From: Aestuariivirgaceae bacterium
Lineage (GTDB): Bacteria > Pseudomonadota > Alphaproteobacteria > Rhizobiales > Aestuariivirgaceae
Reading direction: 5' to 3'
Length of the DNA stretch: 61,831 nucleotides
Assembly: GCA_040510355.1 (NCBI GenBank)
Contig: JBEVJH010000061.1
Span: 1-61,831 of the forward strand
Each line of letters opens with the position of its first letter. Position 1 is the first letter of the stretch. A program made the position numbers and the translations under genes. Shown here piece after piece: positions 41,246 through 50,899 of the stretch. The notes beneath the pieces were generated by a model. It did no database searches and was not told the DNA's origin. It was given only the letters and a program-made list of their open reading frames with translations.

Positions 41246-42967
41246 TTATTCGGTCAAGCCCGCCTTGATGAGGCCCTGGCGCAGCCGCTCGGCCGGCGAG
41301 GCGTCGGAAAACGGCATCCAGTCGATCAGGGTGGCGAGCGGGACGCCGGGCTTCATCTCCCGCAAGACCGCGATATCCGTCCGCGCACCGTCGATGTCGG
41401 ACAAATGCCCCATGGCGCTGATGGAATAGAGAACATTGAAGTGCCGGCGGTAGGGCATGCTCCAAAATTCGTCGAGCGCCTCGCGATAGCGCGCCATGTG
41501 AAAGAGAATCGAGCCGCGCACGCCGAGCAGCCAGACCGGCGGAAAGGGGTCGCGATCGACCGCCGAATTCACCACTGTCAGGGCATCGTCGAATCGTCCG
41601 AGAAAGCGCAGGCATTGGGCGCGGTCGCCCGAGATCGAGACGTCGTGGGGGTTGAGAGCGGCAGCCCGGTCGAAATGCCTGAGCGCACGCTCGAGCTGAC
41701 GATTGTAGAGGCAGACCATCCCCATGGCGTGGTGGGAGCTCGCATCGGCACTGTCCAACGCCAATGCTCGTTCGGCGGCAAGCTTGGCATCCGTGAGGAG
41801 GGCGGGGCGAAGCTCCAGTATATAGGCGATCGTCAGGCAGGTGGCGAGCCAGGCATGAGCATGCGCGAAGTCCGGATCGAGCGTCGTCGCCTTGATCAGA
41901 AACGGGATCGCCTCGTCCTCCTTGTGCGCATTGCCGAGCTCGCGCGCCTTCAGAAAGTAGTCGTAGGCGCTCCAGTTGGCGATCCTTTTGCGCTGGGCCG
42001 AGGCAGCTCCCGCCGAGATCATCCGGCCCTCCAAGGTCGAGGCGATGGCGGCGATCAGCTCGTCCTGCATGGTGAACAGGTCCGACTGGTCACGATCATA
42101 GCGGTCGGCCCAGACATGGCGGCCGCTCGCAGCCTCGACAAGCTGGGCGCTGACGCGAACCCGCGTGCCCGATCGCCTGATGCTGCCTTCGATCACATAG
42201 GCGATGCCAAGCTCGCGCTTGAGGTCATCAAGCCCCGGGTTCCTGCCGCGATAATGGAACGAGGTGTGCCGGGCGCGAACGCTCAAGCCCTTGTAGCGGC
42301 TGAGCTCGGTGATGATGTCGCCGGTGAAGCCGTCGACGAAATGGTCCTGCTGCGGCTCGCCCGTCAGGTTGACGAAGGGCAGAACAAGGATCGACAGCTC
42401 CTCCGAAGCCGGCCTGGCGCGAGCGGGCGGCACGACCGCATCGCCGGCGTCCGGGGCCCAGCGCCAGACGTGAACCGGGCGGCTGATGTTCTTGAGCTGG
42501 TGCTCTCCGGCATCGGCGAAGCTCTCCCCGATTCGATTGCCGAGGCTGTCATGCACGATGCCGGAAATCGCGATGCGGCCGGAGTCGGCGAGGCCCTCCA
42601 GGCGGGCCGCGATGTTGACACCCTCGCCAAAGATGTCGCCGGCACCATCGTCGATGACATCGCCGACATTGATGCCGATCCGCAACGCAATCTGCTTGGC
42701 CTCGGGAAGCTGCCGGTTCTCCTCCGCCATCCTCTTCTGAATGGCGAGGGCACAGGACACGGCACTGACGGCGCTCGGAAACTCGACCAGCATGCCGTCG
42801 CCCATGAACTTCACCAGGCGGCCGGCATGTTCCTGGATGAGCGGATCGAAGATCTCGGACCGCCGCCTTTTGAGGGCGGCATGGGTTCCGCTCTCGTCGG
42901 CCTCCATGAGTCGAGAGTAGCCGACCACATCGGCAACCAGGATTGCGGCCAGGCGGCGGCGGTCCAT
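41246..42967 (-). CDS. Class III adenylate/guanylate cyclase with C-terminal TPR region
   Basis: 573 aa. ILVADVVGYSRLM, FMGDGMLVEF, GEGVNIAARLEG. TPR-like helices fill the C-terminal half. GGAGGAG SD. Confidence 0.85.
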   Translation of the reverse strand: MDRRRLAAILVADVVGYSRLMEADESGTHAALKRRRSEIFDPLIQEHAGRLVKFMGDGMLVEFPSAVSAVSCALAIQKRMAEENRQLPEAKQIALRIGINVGDVIDDGAGDIFGEGVNIAARLEGLADSGRIAISGIVHDSLGNRIGESFADAGEHQLKNISRPVHVWRWAPDAGDAVVPPARARPASEELSILVLPFVNLTGEPQQDHFVDGFTGDIITELSRYKGLSVRARHTSFHYRGRNPGLDDLKRELGIAYVIEGSIRRSGTRVRVSAQLVEAASGRHVWADRYDRDQSDLFTMQDELIAAIASTLEGRMISAGAASAQRKRIANWSAYDYFLKARELGNAHKEDEAIPFLIKATTLDPDFAHAHAWLATCLTIAYILELRPALLTDAKLAAERALALDSADASSHHAMGMVCLYNRQLERALRHFDRAAALNPHDVSISGDRAQCLRFLGRFDDALTVVNSAVDRDPFPPVWLLGVRGSILFHMARYREALDEFWSMPYRRHFNVLYSISAMGHLSDIDGARTDIAVLREMKPGVPLATLIDWMPFSDASPAERLRQGLIKAGLTE

Positions 42968-43020
42968 CCCTCTCTCCTCCGGCGTGAGGATAGCCTTGGT
43001 CCTCGCCGAAAGCGAGTGCC

Positions 43021-44943
43021 CTAGTCGGAGCGACTCGGGTCGGGGGACGGCCGCGGCCGCAGCGAGCGGCGCAACAGGCGCGACAGAAGTCGCGCACCAC
43101 GTCGCCGGCGGGTCGGCGCCTGCTGCCGGGCCTGGCTCGGATGGCGCTGCAGGGTGAGCTTGCGCTCATGGAACTCCTCCAGCCCCGGCCGATGCCCGAC
43201 GCTGATCAGCGTGACGTCCTTCAGCTCATGGCGAAAGAGCTCCATCATCGAGGCCTGCGCGTCCTCATCGAGAGCGGAGGTCGCCTCGTCCATGATGACG
43301 ATGTCGGGCTTCAGCACGACGAGGCGCGTGAAGGCGACGCGCTGCTGCTCGCCGCCCGACAGCACCTTGTCCCAGCGCTCCTCGGCATCGAGGCGCGGCA
43401 GGAGATGGCGCAGGCCGCAACGCCGCATGGCCTCCTTGATGGTGTCGTCGCTCACCTTCCGCTTCTTCTTGCCGGTGGAATAGGTGATGGCGTTGCGCAG
43501 CGTGCCGAGCGGGATGTAGGGCCGCTGCGGCAGGAATGCGATCTCGGCATCGGCGGGCACGAGGATCTTGCCCGAGCCCCAGGGCCACAGCCCGGCGATG
43601 GCGCGCACCAGGGTCGACTTGCCGGTGCCGGATTCGCCGGTCAGCAGCACCCGCTCGCCGCGGTCGATCCTGGCGTCGGCATCCTCGATGACGACCCGCC
43701 CGTCATGCTGCCCGACCCACACGCCGCTCAGATGGATGGCATCGTCGGGGCCGGTGTCGAGGACGATGCGCTCGTCCGGCGTCTGGCCGACCGACTGATC
43801 GAGATCGCTCAGCGCACCGCGGAGCCCCACGACGCGGCTGACCGAGGCCAGCCATTCGGCAACCCGGATATAGTTCTCGACCAGCCAGTTGAGCGCGAGC
43901 TGCACCTGAACGAAGGCGGCCGAGGTCTGCATCAAGGAGCCGAGCGTCATCTCGCCCGTGAGATATTTCGGTGCGGCGATGAGCAGCGGGAAGACACCGG
44001 CGAGCACCGCGTTGCCATTGATGAACCAGGTCAGATGCGCCTGCTGGTTGACCACCTCGAGCAGGCGGTTGACGAGAAAGCGCAGGGTCCCCTTCAGCGA
44101 TGACCGTTCGTCCTTCTCGCCGCCGATCAGGGCAATCTGCTCGGCATTCTCGCGCACCCGTCCGAGCTCGAAGCGCAAGCGGGCCTCGGCCTCGTTCTTG
44201 CGCTCGACCTTCTGCACCAGCGGCCGGCCAAGCCAGGCCATGAAGCCCGACATGAAGCAGGCATAGAGGAGCGAGGCGAACACCATGTAGCCGGGGATCG
44301 TGTAGCCGGCGATGGTGATCGCGCCGCCGACGCTCCACAGCACGCCGAGGAAGGTGACGGCGAGGAGGCCGGCATTGGTGATGCCGATGACGAAATCGAC
44401 GACCGGCTCGGTGGCGATGCGGGCGTCCTCGGCCATGCGGAACTCCGGCGCGTCGATCTCCGGCGCCGAGACGCTGAGGCGGTAGAAGCGCTGCTCGGCG
44501 AGCCAGTTGGACAAGAGCTCGCCGGTGAGCCAGCGGCGCCACGCGACCTGCAGGCGCAGGCGGAACTGCACCATGCCGACGGCGACGGCTGCCGCCGCAA
44601 GGGTCAGGCCCAGGAACAGCAGCGTCGCCCTGGTTGCCGTTGCGACATCCTTGTTTTCCAGGGCGTTGAAGAAATAACGGTTCCAGCGGTTGATCCCCAC
44701 CTGGACGATGAGATTGAGGATGATGAAGGTCGCAACGCCGCCGGTGAGCAGCCAGGCCTTGCGCCGCGCCGGCCCCCTCCAGAACCGTCCGGCAAAGCTC
44801 AGATAGCTGGAAAGGTCGCGCTCTTCCTCGCTTGACGGCGCCAGGCTGATATCGATCTCCGAACCAGGTTCTCCCGGCGCGGCGGATTGCTGCTCGGGAC
44901 TGCCTTCGCTGCGGGGAGATTGTCGTTTTTTCGCGCGCGCCAT
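43021..44943 (-). CDS. SbmA/BacA-related fused TMD-NBD ABC transporter (BclA/YddA type)
   Basis: About 640 aa. N-terminal basic tail; TMD with RWNRYFFNALENKD...WRRWLTGELLSNWL...FYRL. Walker A GESGTGKST, signature LSGGEQQR, Walker B IVIMDEA. Confidence 0.8.
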   Translation of the reverse strand: MARAKKRQSPRSEGSPEQQSAAPGEPGSEIDISLAPSSEEERDLSSYLSFAGRFWRGPARRKAWLLTGGVATFIILNLIVQVGINRWNRYFFNALENKDVATATRATLLFLGLTLAAAAVAVGMVQFRLRLQVAWRRWLTGELLSNWLAEQRFYRLSVSAPEIDAPEFRMAEDARIATEPVVDFVIGITNAGLLAVTFLGVLWSVGGAITIAGYTIPGYMVFASLLYACFMSGFMAWLGRPLVQKVERKNEAEARLRFELGRVRENAEQIALIGGEKDERSSLKGTLRFLVNRLLEVVNQQAHLTWFINGNAVLAGVFPLLIAAPKYLTGEMTLGSLMQTSAAFVQVQLALNWLVENYIRVAEWLASVSRVVGLRGALSDLDQSVGQTPDERIVLDTGPDDAIHLSGVWVGQHDGRVVIEDADARIDRGERVLLTGESGTGKSTLVRAIAGLWPWGSGKILVPADAEIAFLPQRPYIPLGTLRNAITYSTGKKKRKVSDDTIKEAMRRCGLRHLLPRLDAEERWDKVLSGGEQQRVAFTRLVVLKPDIVIMDEATSALDEDAQASMMELFRHELKDVTLISVGHRPGLEEFHERKLTLQRHPSQARQQAPTRRRRGARLLSRLLRRSLRPRPSPDPSRSD

Positions 44944-44995
44944 GGTGCTGCCGCGCCCCAACGCCACCGCGTCGGGCAAAGTTCCCGGCCGGGCC

Positions 44996-45448
44996 TCATT
45001 CCTTTTTCGGCCCGAAGCGCGTCTCGAACCATTCGAACATCACGAGAAGCACCATTGCGAGCGCCGTGCCGGTCACCGCGGTCGTCCATTCGCCCAGCCC
45101 GCAGGCAATGCCGAGCGCCGCCGCGATCCAGACGGTGGCGGCGGTGGTCAAGCCTTCGACCGTCCTGGCCCGCGCGTCGCGCAGGACGACGCCGGCACCG
45201 ATGAAGCTGAGCCCGGTCATGATGCCCTGGATCGCGCCCTGGACGACCCGGCTCATGGCGTCGGGGTTCTCTCCCATCCCGGGCATCTGGATCGCCGCGA
45301 CGGTGGCGATCGCCGCGCCCAGCGAGACCAGCGCCAGCGTCCTGAGGCCGATCGGCTTCTTGGCGATGTCGCGATTGATGCCGATGATCCCGCCAGCCGC
45401 CGCCGCCCCGGCCAGCCGAAGCACCTCATCCATCAGCTCAAGGGTCAC
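44996..45448 (-). CDS. MgtC/SapB-family membrane protein
   Basis: AAAAGGIIGINRD...GLRTLALVSLGAAI...GIMTGLSFIGAGVVL...TTAATVWIAAALGIACG. The start is GTG 45448 (GGAGG upstream) or ATG 45433. Confidence 0.8.
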   Translation of the reverse strand: MTLELMDEVLRLAGAAAAGGIIGINRDIAKKPIGLRTLALVSLGAAIATVAAIQMPGMGENPDAMSRVVQGAIQGIMTGLSFIGAGVVLRDARARTVEGLTTAATVWIAAALGIACGLGEWTTAVTGTALAMVLLVMFEWFETRFGPKKE

Positions 45449-45470
45449 CTTGCCTTTTCCTCCGCTCCTG

Positions 45471-46877
45471 TCAGTTGCCGCTCTCGGGGCGGTGTTGGGA
45501 CAGAAATGCCGTCGCCTCTTCGAAGAACTGGTCGAAGGCGGGCGTACCTTCGATAATCGCGTGGTTGTTTCCCGACAACTCGACGAAGTGGGCGCCCGGC
45601 ACAAGCCTGGCCATCAGGCGCCCTTCCTCGAGCGGAGCCACCCGATCACCCCGGCAATGCAGCACCAGCGTCGGGACCGTCACGCGCCTTGCGAGATCCG
45701 TAGCGTCGATCTCGGCATTCATTCGCCAGATCCGCAACGCATTGTCCGGCGAGGTGGCGATGCGCTGCAGCTCATCGAAGCTCGCGCCCACCTCGGGCGA
45801 AGCGTCGGGCATGAAGTTCGAAGTGAAGAAATGTCGGAACACCGGATTGGACGATCCCCAGCCGTCGCGGATCATCGACCCGAGCACCTCATACAGCTTC
45901 TTCTGATCGGGATCGGGGCGCTTGAGCCGGCCCCTCAGATAGCCACCCAGCAAAATGAGGCAACTCACACGATCGGGGTTCTCGACGGCATAGCGGATGG
46001 AGAAGGCACAGCCTTGCGAGATGCCGAGCAGGGCGAAGCGATCGAGGCCGGCGGCACTGGCAACGCTGCCGATGTCGGCGATCATGGTGTCCGCCGAAAT
46101 CTCCTTGACGTCCCAATCGGACAGCCCGTTGCCGCGCTGATCGAAACGAATGAGCCGGCAGCGGCGCGCCAGGGCGCCGAAGACCGGTCCCCAGACCGGG
46201 CTTTGCCATTCATATTCGAGATGGTTCAGCCAGTTGGGCGCCTTCATGACCGGCTGGCCCTCGCCGATAGCCGCCCATGCCAGTCGGACCTCATCCGGCG
46301 TGGTGACAAACTGGACACGCTGATGCAGAGCCAGCTCGTCCAGCTCCGGCTCGTGATGCGGCATGTCGGGTGCCCATTGCCACACCCGGATGGGGCGGGA
46401 GATGTTCTTCACCCGTTGACTGCCCATGTCGCGGAAAGTCTCGCCGATGCGACCTCCGATAGTCTGATGGACGATGTCGGAGACGCAGACCCCACCCGGC
46501 TTCGACAACGCCTGCAGGCGCGCCGCAACATTGACGCCGTCCCCGAACACATCACCCTCATCGAAGATCACATCTCCCAGATTGACGCCGACGCGATAGA
46601 CAATGCGGTTGTCGAGCGCGGTGTGGGCCTCGCGCCCGACCATTGCGGTCTGGATGCCAATGGCACAGCGCACTGCGTCCTGCGCCGAGGCAAATTCGAC
46701 AAGCATGCCATCGCCGGTGGTCTTGACGATGCGGCCGCCCCGGTTCCTGATCTCGGGTTCGATCAGCTCGCGCCGGTGCGCCTTCTGGCGGACGAGAACA
46801 TCATCCTCGTTCAGTTCCATCAGGCGGGAGTAGCCAGCCATGTCGGCCGCCAGAATGGCGGCAAGACGGCGATCCAT
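45471..46877 (-). CDS. Class III adenylate cyclase fused to a C-terminal alpha/beta-hydrolase domain
   Basis: 468 aa. ILAADMAGYSRLM, TTGDGMLVEF, GDGVNVAARLQ. Hydrolase half with FDQRGNGLSD and nucleophile elbow GISQG. Confidence 0.85.
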   Translation of the reverse strand: MDRRLAAILAADMAGYSRLMELNEDDVLVRQKAHRRELIEPEIRNRGGRIVKTTGDGMLVEFASAQDAVRCAIGIQTAMVGREAHTALDNRIVYRVGVNLGDVIFDEGDVFGDGVNVAARLQALSKPGGVCVSDIVHQTIGGRIGETFRDMGSQRVKNISRPIRVWQWAPDMPHHEPELDELALHQRVQFVTTPDEVRLAWAAIGEGQPVMKAPNWLNHLEYEWQSPVWGPVFGALARRCRLIRFDQRGNGLSDWDVKEISADTMIADIGSVASAAGLDRFALLGISQGCAFSIRYAVENPDRVSCLILLGGYLRGRLKRPDPDQKKLYEVLGSMIRDGWGSSNPVFRHFFTSNFMPDASPEVGASFDELQRIATSPDNALRIWRMNAEIDATDLARRVTVPTLVLHCRGDRVAPLEEGRLMARLVPGAHFVELSGNNHAIIEGTPAFDQFFEEATAFLSQHRPESGN

Positions 46878-47023
46878 CGGTTACTCCAAGTTGCCAAGGG
46901 GCGTCGGCCTCTCGTCGACCGTCATGATACCGCCATTGGGCAAGACCTTGGAGTCTGACATCGGCCTGGTTCCAAGTGGTGCCCGGTTCGGCTAGCCTGA
47001 CCGTCCGAAAGGGAGAGACAGAC

Positions 47024-48328
47024 ATGAGCTTTTCCGGGGTGTTCGCGCGGGTTGTCGAGCTGATCGGCGGGGCCGCCATCGCCATGCGGCATGCCGACGG
47101 CGGAAAGCAGAGGCCGGCTTTCGGAGCCACGCCGGAGATCCCGCCGGCCAAGCCCCAAGGCAGCTTCCCGACGCTCAAGATGCCAACCGCGCGAGGCTGG
47201 CGGGAAGGCGAGATGCCGGTCGCCGCGGCGGGCCTCAAGGTGAATGCGTTCGCCACCGGGCTCAAGCATCCGCGCTGGATCCAGGTCATGCCGAATGGCG
47301 ATGTGCTGGTGGCCGAGTCGCTGTTCGAGCCGACGCCGGTCAGAAGCGTGTTCGATTATGCGATGCTGAGCACGATGCGGCGCGCGGCGGCAATCGGCGT
47401 CAGCCCCAACCGGATCATCCGGCTCAACGACGGCGACGGCGACGGTGTGGCGGAAACGACGTCGGTCTTTCTCGATGGCCTGAACCAGCCATTCGGCATG
47501 GCGCTGGTCGGCGACACCTTCTATGTCGGCAATACGGATGGGGTGTTCGCCTACCCTTATGCGGCCGGCGCCAGCCGCATCACCGCGCCGGGACGGCGGC
47601 TCACCACGTTCAAGCCGGGCGGCCATTGGACGCGCAGCCTGCTGGCGACCCCGGACGGGCGAAAGCTCTATGCCGGCGTCGGCTCCCTCACCAACATCGG
47701 CGACCACGGGATGGATGCGGAGGACGGTCGCGCCGCCATCCACGTGATCGATCTCGCAAGCGGCGGCAGCCGCATCTTCGCGTCAGGCTTGCGCAATCCG
47801 GTGGGACTCGCCTTCGAGCCGCGGACCGGCGCGCTGTGGACCGTGGTCAATGAGCGCGACGGCCTCGGCGACGAGACGCCGCCCGACTATCTGACGTCGG
47901 TGCGCGGCGGCGGCTTCTATGGCTGGCCCTATTGCTATTGGGGGCAGATCGTCGACGAGCGGGTGCCGCAGGACAAGGCGGCGGTGGCGCGCGCCCTCAC
48001 GCCGGACTATGCGCTCGGCGGCCACACGGCGTCGCTCGGACTGTGCTGGCTGCCCGCCGGCACGCTGCCGGGCTATCCCGAAGGCATGGCGATCGGACAG
48101 CACGGCTCGTGGAACCGCAGCACGCTCAGCGGCTACAAGGTGATCTTCGTGCCGTTCACGGATGGGCGGCCAAGCGGGCCGGCGCGCGACATCCTTACCG
48201 GCTTCCTGCCGCCCGACGAGCGCTTCTCCTATGGCCGCCCGGTCGGGGTGGCGATCGGCCCCGACGGGTCGCTGCTGGTGGCGGACGATGTCGGCGATGT
48301 GATCTGGCGGGTGACGGCCGCGACCTAG
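47024..48328 (+). CDS. PQQ-dependent sugar (sorbosone/glucose)-type dehydrogenase-like beta-propeller
   Basis: About 434 aa. PRWIQVMPNGDVLVAES...GDTFYVGNTDG...NERDGLGDETPPDYL...GGFYGWPYCY...GSLLVADDVGDVIWRV. Confidence 0.7.
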   Translation: MSFSGVFARVVELIGGAAIAMRHADGGKQRPAFGATPEIPPAKPQGSFPTLKMPTARGWREGEMPVAAAGLKVNAFATGLKHPRWIQVMPNGDVLVAESLFEPTPVRSVFDYAMLSTMRRAAAIGVSPNRIIRLNDGDGDGVAETTSVFLDGLNQPFGMALVGDTFYVGNTDGVFAYPYAAGASRITAPGRRLTTFKPGGHWTRSLLATPDGRKLYAGVGSLTNIGDHGMDAEDGRAAIHVIDLASGGSRIFASGLRNPVGLAFEPRTGALWTVVNERDGLGDETPPDYLTSVRGGGFYGWPYCYWGQIVDERVPQDKAAVARALTPDYALGGHTASLGLCWLPAGTLPGYPEGMAIGQHGSWNRSTLSGYKVIFVPFTDGRPSGPARDILTGFLPPDERFSYGRPVGVAIGPDGSLLVADDVGDVIWRVTAAT

Positions 48329-48408
48329 GGCCGGCGCTTCTCCCCGCGAGCACGGGGACGAACGAGTGAGAGGTGGCGCATTTGCCCGCCAAGCGATGGA
48401 TCCGGACC

Positions 48409-50775
48409 CTACTGGATGATCCTCATATAGGGCGGACCGCGACGGCGGGAGCCGGGCCGGGCCATGTGCGACAGGACCTGGTCGCGCGATCCGATCATCG
48501 AGAGCCGCCCGCCATTCAACACGGCTATCCGATCCGCATGCGCCAGGAGTCCTGGTTGGTTGACCAGAATCACCACGGTCGTGCCGACGTCCCTGAACGA
48601 GCTCAGCGCTCTTGCAAGGATCTTCTCGCCATTCATGTCGAAGCTGAGAATCGGCTCGTCGAGCACCAGCAGTGCCGGACGCCCATAGAATGCGCGCGCG
48701 AGCGCTATGCGCCGCCGCTCGCCGCTTGACAGCCCGCAATCTTCCGGATCGATCATCGTGTCGTAGCCCATCGGCAGCCGCAGGATCATTTCATGCGCGC
48801 CCGCCAGATGCGCTGCTTCGATCACATCGTTCGAGCTCCCCTCGCTCATGCGTGCGATATTGCGATAGACCGTCCCCCGATGGAGCTCGACCTCTTGCGG
48901 CAGATAGCCGATGTGCGGCCCGATCTGCCGGTGATCGATCATCGAGATGTCGATGCCATCGAGCCGTATCGCGCCTCCCTGCCTGGGCTCCAGGCCCAGC
49001 ATCAGCCGGGCCAATGTCGATTTGCCGGCGCCGGAAGGTCCGGTGATTGCCAGCACCTCGCCGGGTTGCGCATCGAGCGTCAGACCCTGGATCATCGGCG
49101 TCTCTCCACTCGGCGGCACGTAGCTCAGCTCCTCGATCGTCAGATGGCCGAATGGTCGCGGCAACAAGAGGGCCGGACCATCCGATGGCTTGTGGCCGAG
49201 CCCATCGCAGATGCGCCGCCACGCCTGCCGCGCCGCCCTGGCACGCCGCCAGGTGCCGGCCGATTGGGTGATCGGCATCAAGGCGCGCGCCGCAATGAGC
49301 GCGGCGACGATCAACGTTCCGATGCTCAGCTGATGATTGAGGACAAGCCAGGCGCCCGCGCCGATCACCGCGATCTGAGTGGCGAGCTCGAGAAACTTCG
49401 CGACGGAGATGACGAGAGCGGCGCGGCTGCTGGCATTGTCGTTCAGCTGTGCCGCCTCCTCATGGGCCTCGCGCCAGCCTTTGACCAGCGCGGCGCCCAT
49501 GCCCATGCTGTGAACGACATCGACATTGCGGAGCACCGTTTCGGCGTCGCGCACCCCGTGCGTCGCGGCGGCTTCGGCATCCCGCGCCTGTCGTCCGGCA
49601 ACCCGCTCCGTCACATAGACGAAGCCGAGCAGCAGAATGGCCCCGGTCGATGCGATGGCTCCGAGCAAGGGGTCGAGCGTATGGAGCACGACCAGGGCCA
49701 GCGGCAGCCAGAGGACATCGAACAGCGCCACGATGCCCGTGCCGCAGAGGAAGGCTCTGAGCATGCCGAGCTCGCGCAGGAGCTCGCTGGAGCGCGGCGT
49801 CGACCGCACGGTCTCGAGTTCCTTGAGATAGGCAAGCGGCGATAGCGAGCGCTGCAGCCAGCCACCCAGCCGTATCAGCATCCGGCGACGCATGAAATCG
49901 AAGGCGCAGAGCATCGCCACGGCCATGACGGCGATCACCGAGAGATAGACGAGAATGTCCTCGCTCCGGCCCGTCAGGACACGGTCGAAGATCTGCATCA
50001 TGAACAGTGCCGTCGTGAGCGTGAGGAGGTTGATCACGAGGCTGGCAGCGGCGACCCCGACGAGCGCGCCGCGGACGCGCTTGCGCAGGGAGGACCGAGT
50101 CTTCCGGGCTTGCAGCGGCTTGTCCCGCGTCGTCAGCGCAGGCGCGGACTCGAGCCTTGAAGAGGTTGCAACGCTGCGCGGGATCCTTTGCGCCAGCAGG
50201 GTGCCGATGAGGACCGTCGCCGCCAGCGCGCATCCGTAATATTGCAGGAACCGCGCTGCCTCCACGCCGAAGCCGAGGTGCATTCTGTTCGCCAACGCCA
50301 GAAAGGTTGCGCAGTACCAGCTGACGGCCGAGATTGCCGCGATCGTGATCAGCTGGAAGCGTGTCACCCGCGACAAGGAGGCGAACAAGCCGCGCCCTTC
50401 ACTGCGCAAGACGGCCGGCAGGCAGAGCTTCTCGACGAGGATGCCGTTGATCGTGAGGATCACGACGATGATCAGCTTGGCATGCAGCTTCGGATCGACA
50501 AGGAGCTGCGGGGCATCCATGGCGCTGAAGAACAGCAATCCTATGCCTGAGATCCAGAGCAGCACCAGGCCGAGCCTGACGGCGGGGGCGAGCCACTTGA
50601 CGAGGACGACATCGAAACGCCGCACGCGGCGCCCGAAAAGAAGCGTGGCAAGCCGCAGGTCGAGGATGAGGAGCGACCCGACGGCGAGCACGAGACCGGC
50701 GAGGTGGACGAGCAGCATTGGCGGATTTGGCATGAGAGAAAGCCCCGAATTCCGTTCCCTCGAAAGAGCCGGCAT
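48409..50775 (-). CDS. Type I secretion system ABC permease/ATPase (PrtD/AprD type) with an extra N-terminal polytopic domain of about 200 aa
   Basis: Canonical part runs from about 50088 downward: LLTLTTALFMMQIFDRVLTGRS..., Walker A GPSGAGKST, signature LSSGERRR, Walker B LLVLDEP. Five further hydrophobic helices lie N-terminal to it. The start is uncertain (ATG 50775, 50733 or 50718; the track uses TTG 50805). Confidence 0.8.
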   Translation of the reverse strand: MPALSRERNSGLSLMPNPPMLLVHLAGLVLAVGSLLILDLRLATLLFGRRVRRFDVVLVKWLAPAVRLGLVLLWISGIGLLFFSAMDAPQLLVDPKLHAKLIIVVILTINGILVEKLCLPAVLRSEGRGLFASLSRVTRFQLITIAAISAVSWYCATFLALANRMHLGFGVEAARFLQYYGCALAATVLIGTLLAQRIPRSVATSSRLESAPALTTRDKPLQARKTRSSLRKRVRGALVGVAAASLVINLLTLTTALFMMQIFDRVLTGRSEDILVYLSVIAVMAVAMLCAFDFMRRRMLIRLGGWLQRSLSPLAYLKELETVRSTPRSSELLRELGMLRAFLCGTGIVALFDVLWLPLALVVLHTLDPLLGAIASTGAILLLGFVYVTERVAGRQARDAEAAATHGVRDAETVLRNVDVVHSMGMGAALVKGWREAHEEAAQLNDNASSRAALVISVAKFLELATQIAVIGAGAWLVLNHQLSIGTLIVAALIAARALMPITQSAGTWRRARAARQAWRRICDGLGHKPSDGPALLLPRPFGHLTIEELSYVPPSGETPMIQGLTLDAQPGEVLAITGPSGAGKSTLARLMLGLEPRQGGAIRLDGIDISMIDHRQIGPHIGYLPQEVELHRGTVYRNIARMSEGSSNDVIEAAHLAGAHEMILRLPMGYDTMIDPEDCGLSSGERRRIALARAFYGRPALLVLDEPILSFDMNGEKILARALSSFRDVGTTVVILVNQPGLLAHADRIAVLNGGRLSMIGSRDQVLSHMARPGSRRRGPPYMRIIQ

Positions 50776-50899
50776 TGCGCCGCGCCGCTTATTTGGTTTG
50801 GGCAATCGGGCTGGTTTGTGACGCGTCCGTAGCCGTCGTTGCTAACGGTGGATAAGCTGAGGAAACTCGGTGCTTGCGCCTTGAAAGGGCCGCTTTGCT

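Noticed and set aside
41246-46877. Class III cyclases as Pycsar/CBASS-like anti-phage signalling
   Set aside because: There is no adjacent cNMP-binding effector (TIR, TM-effector, nuclease, patatin). The cyclases carry TPR and hydrolase sensor-type domains typical of rhizobial housekeeping signalling cyclases.
48341-48358. TCCCCG-cgagca-CGGGGA hairpin after the PQQ-type dehydrogenase gene
   Set aside because: Only a 6-bp stem, with no U tract on either strand. Not enough to call a terminator.
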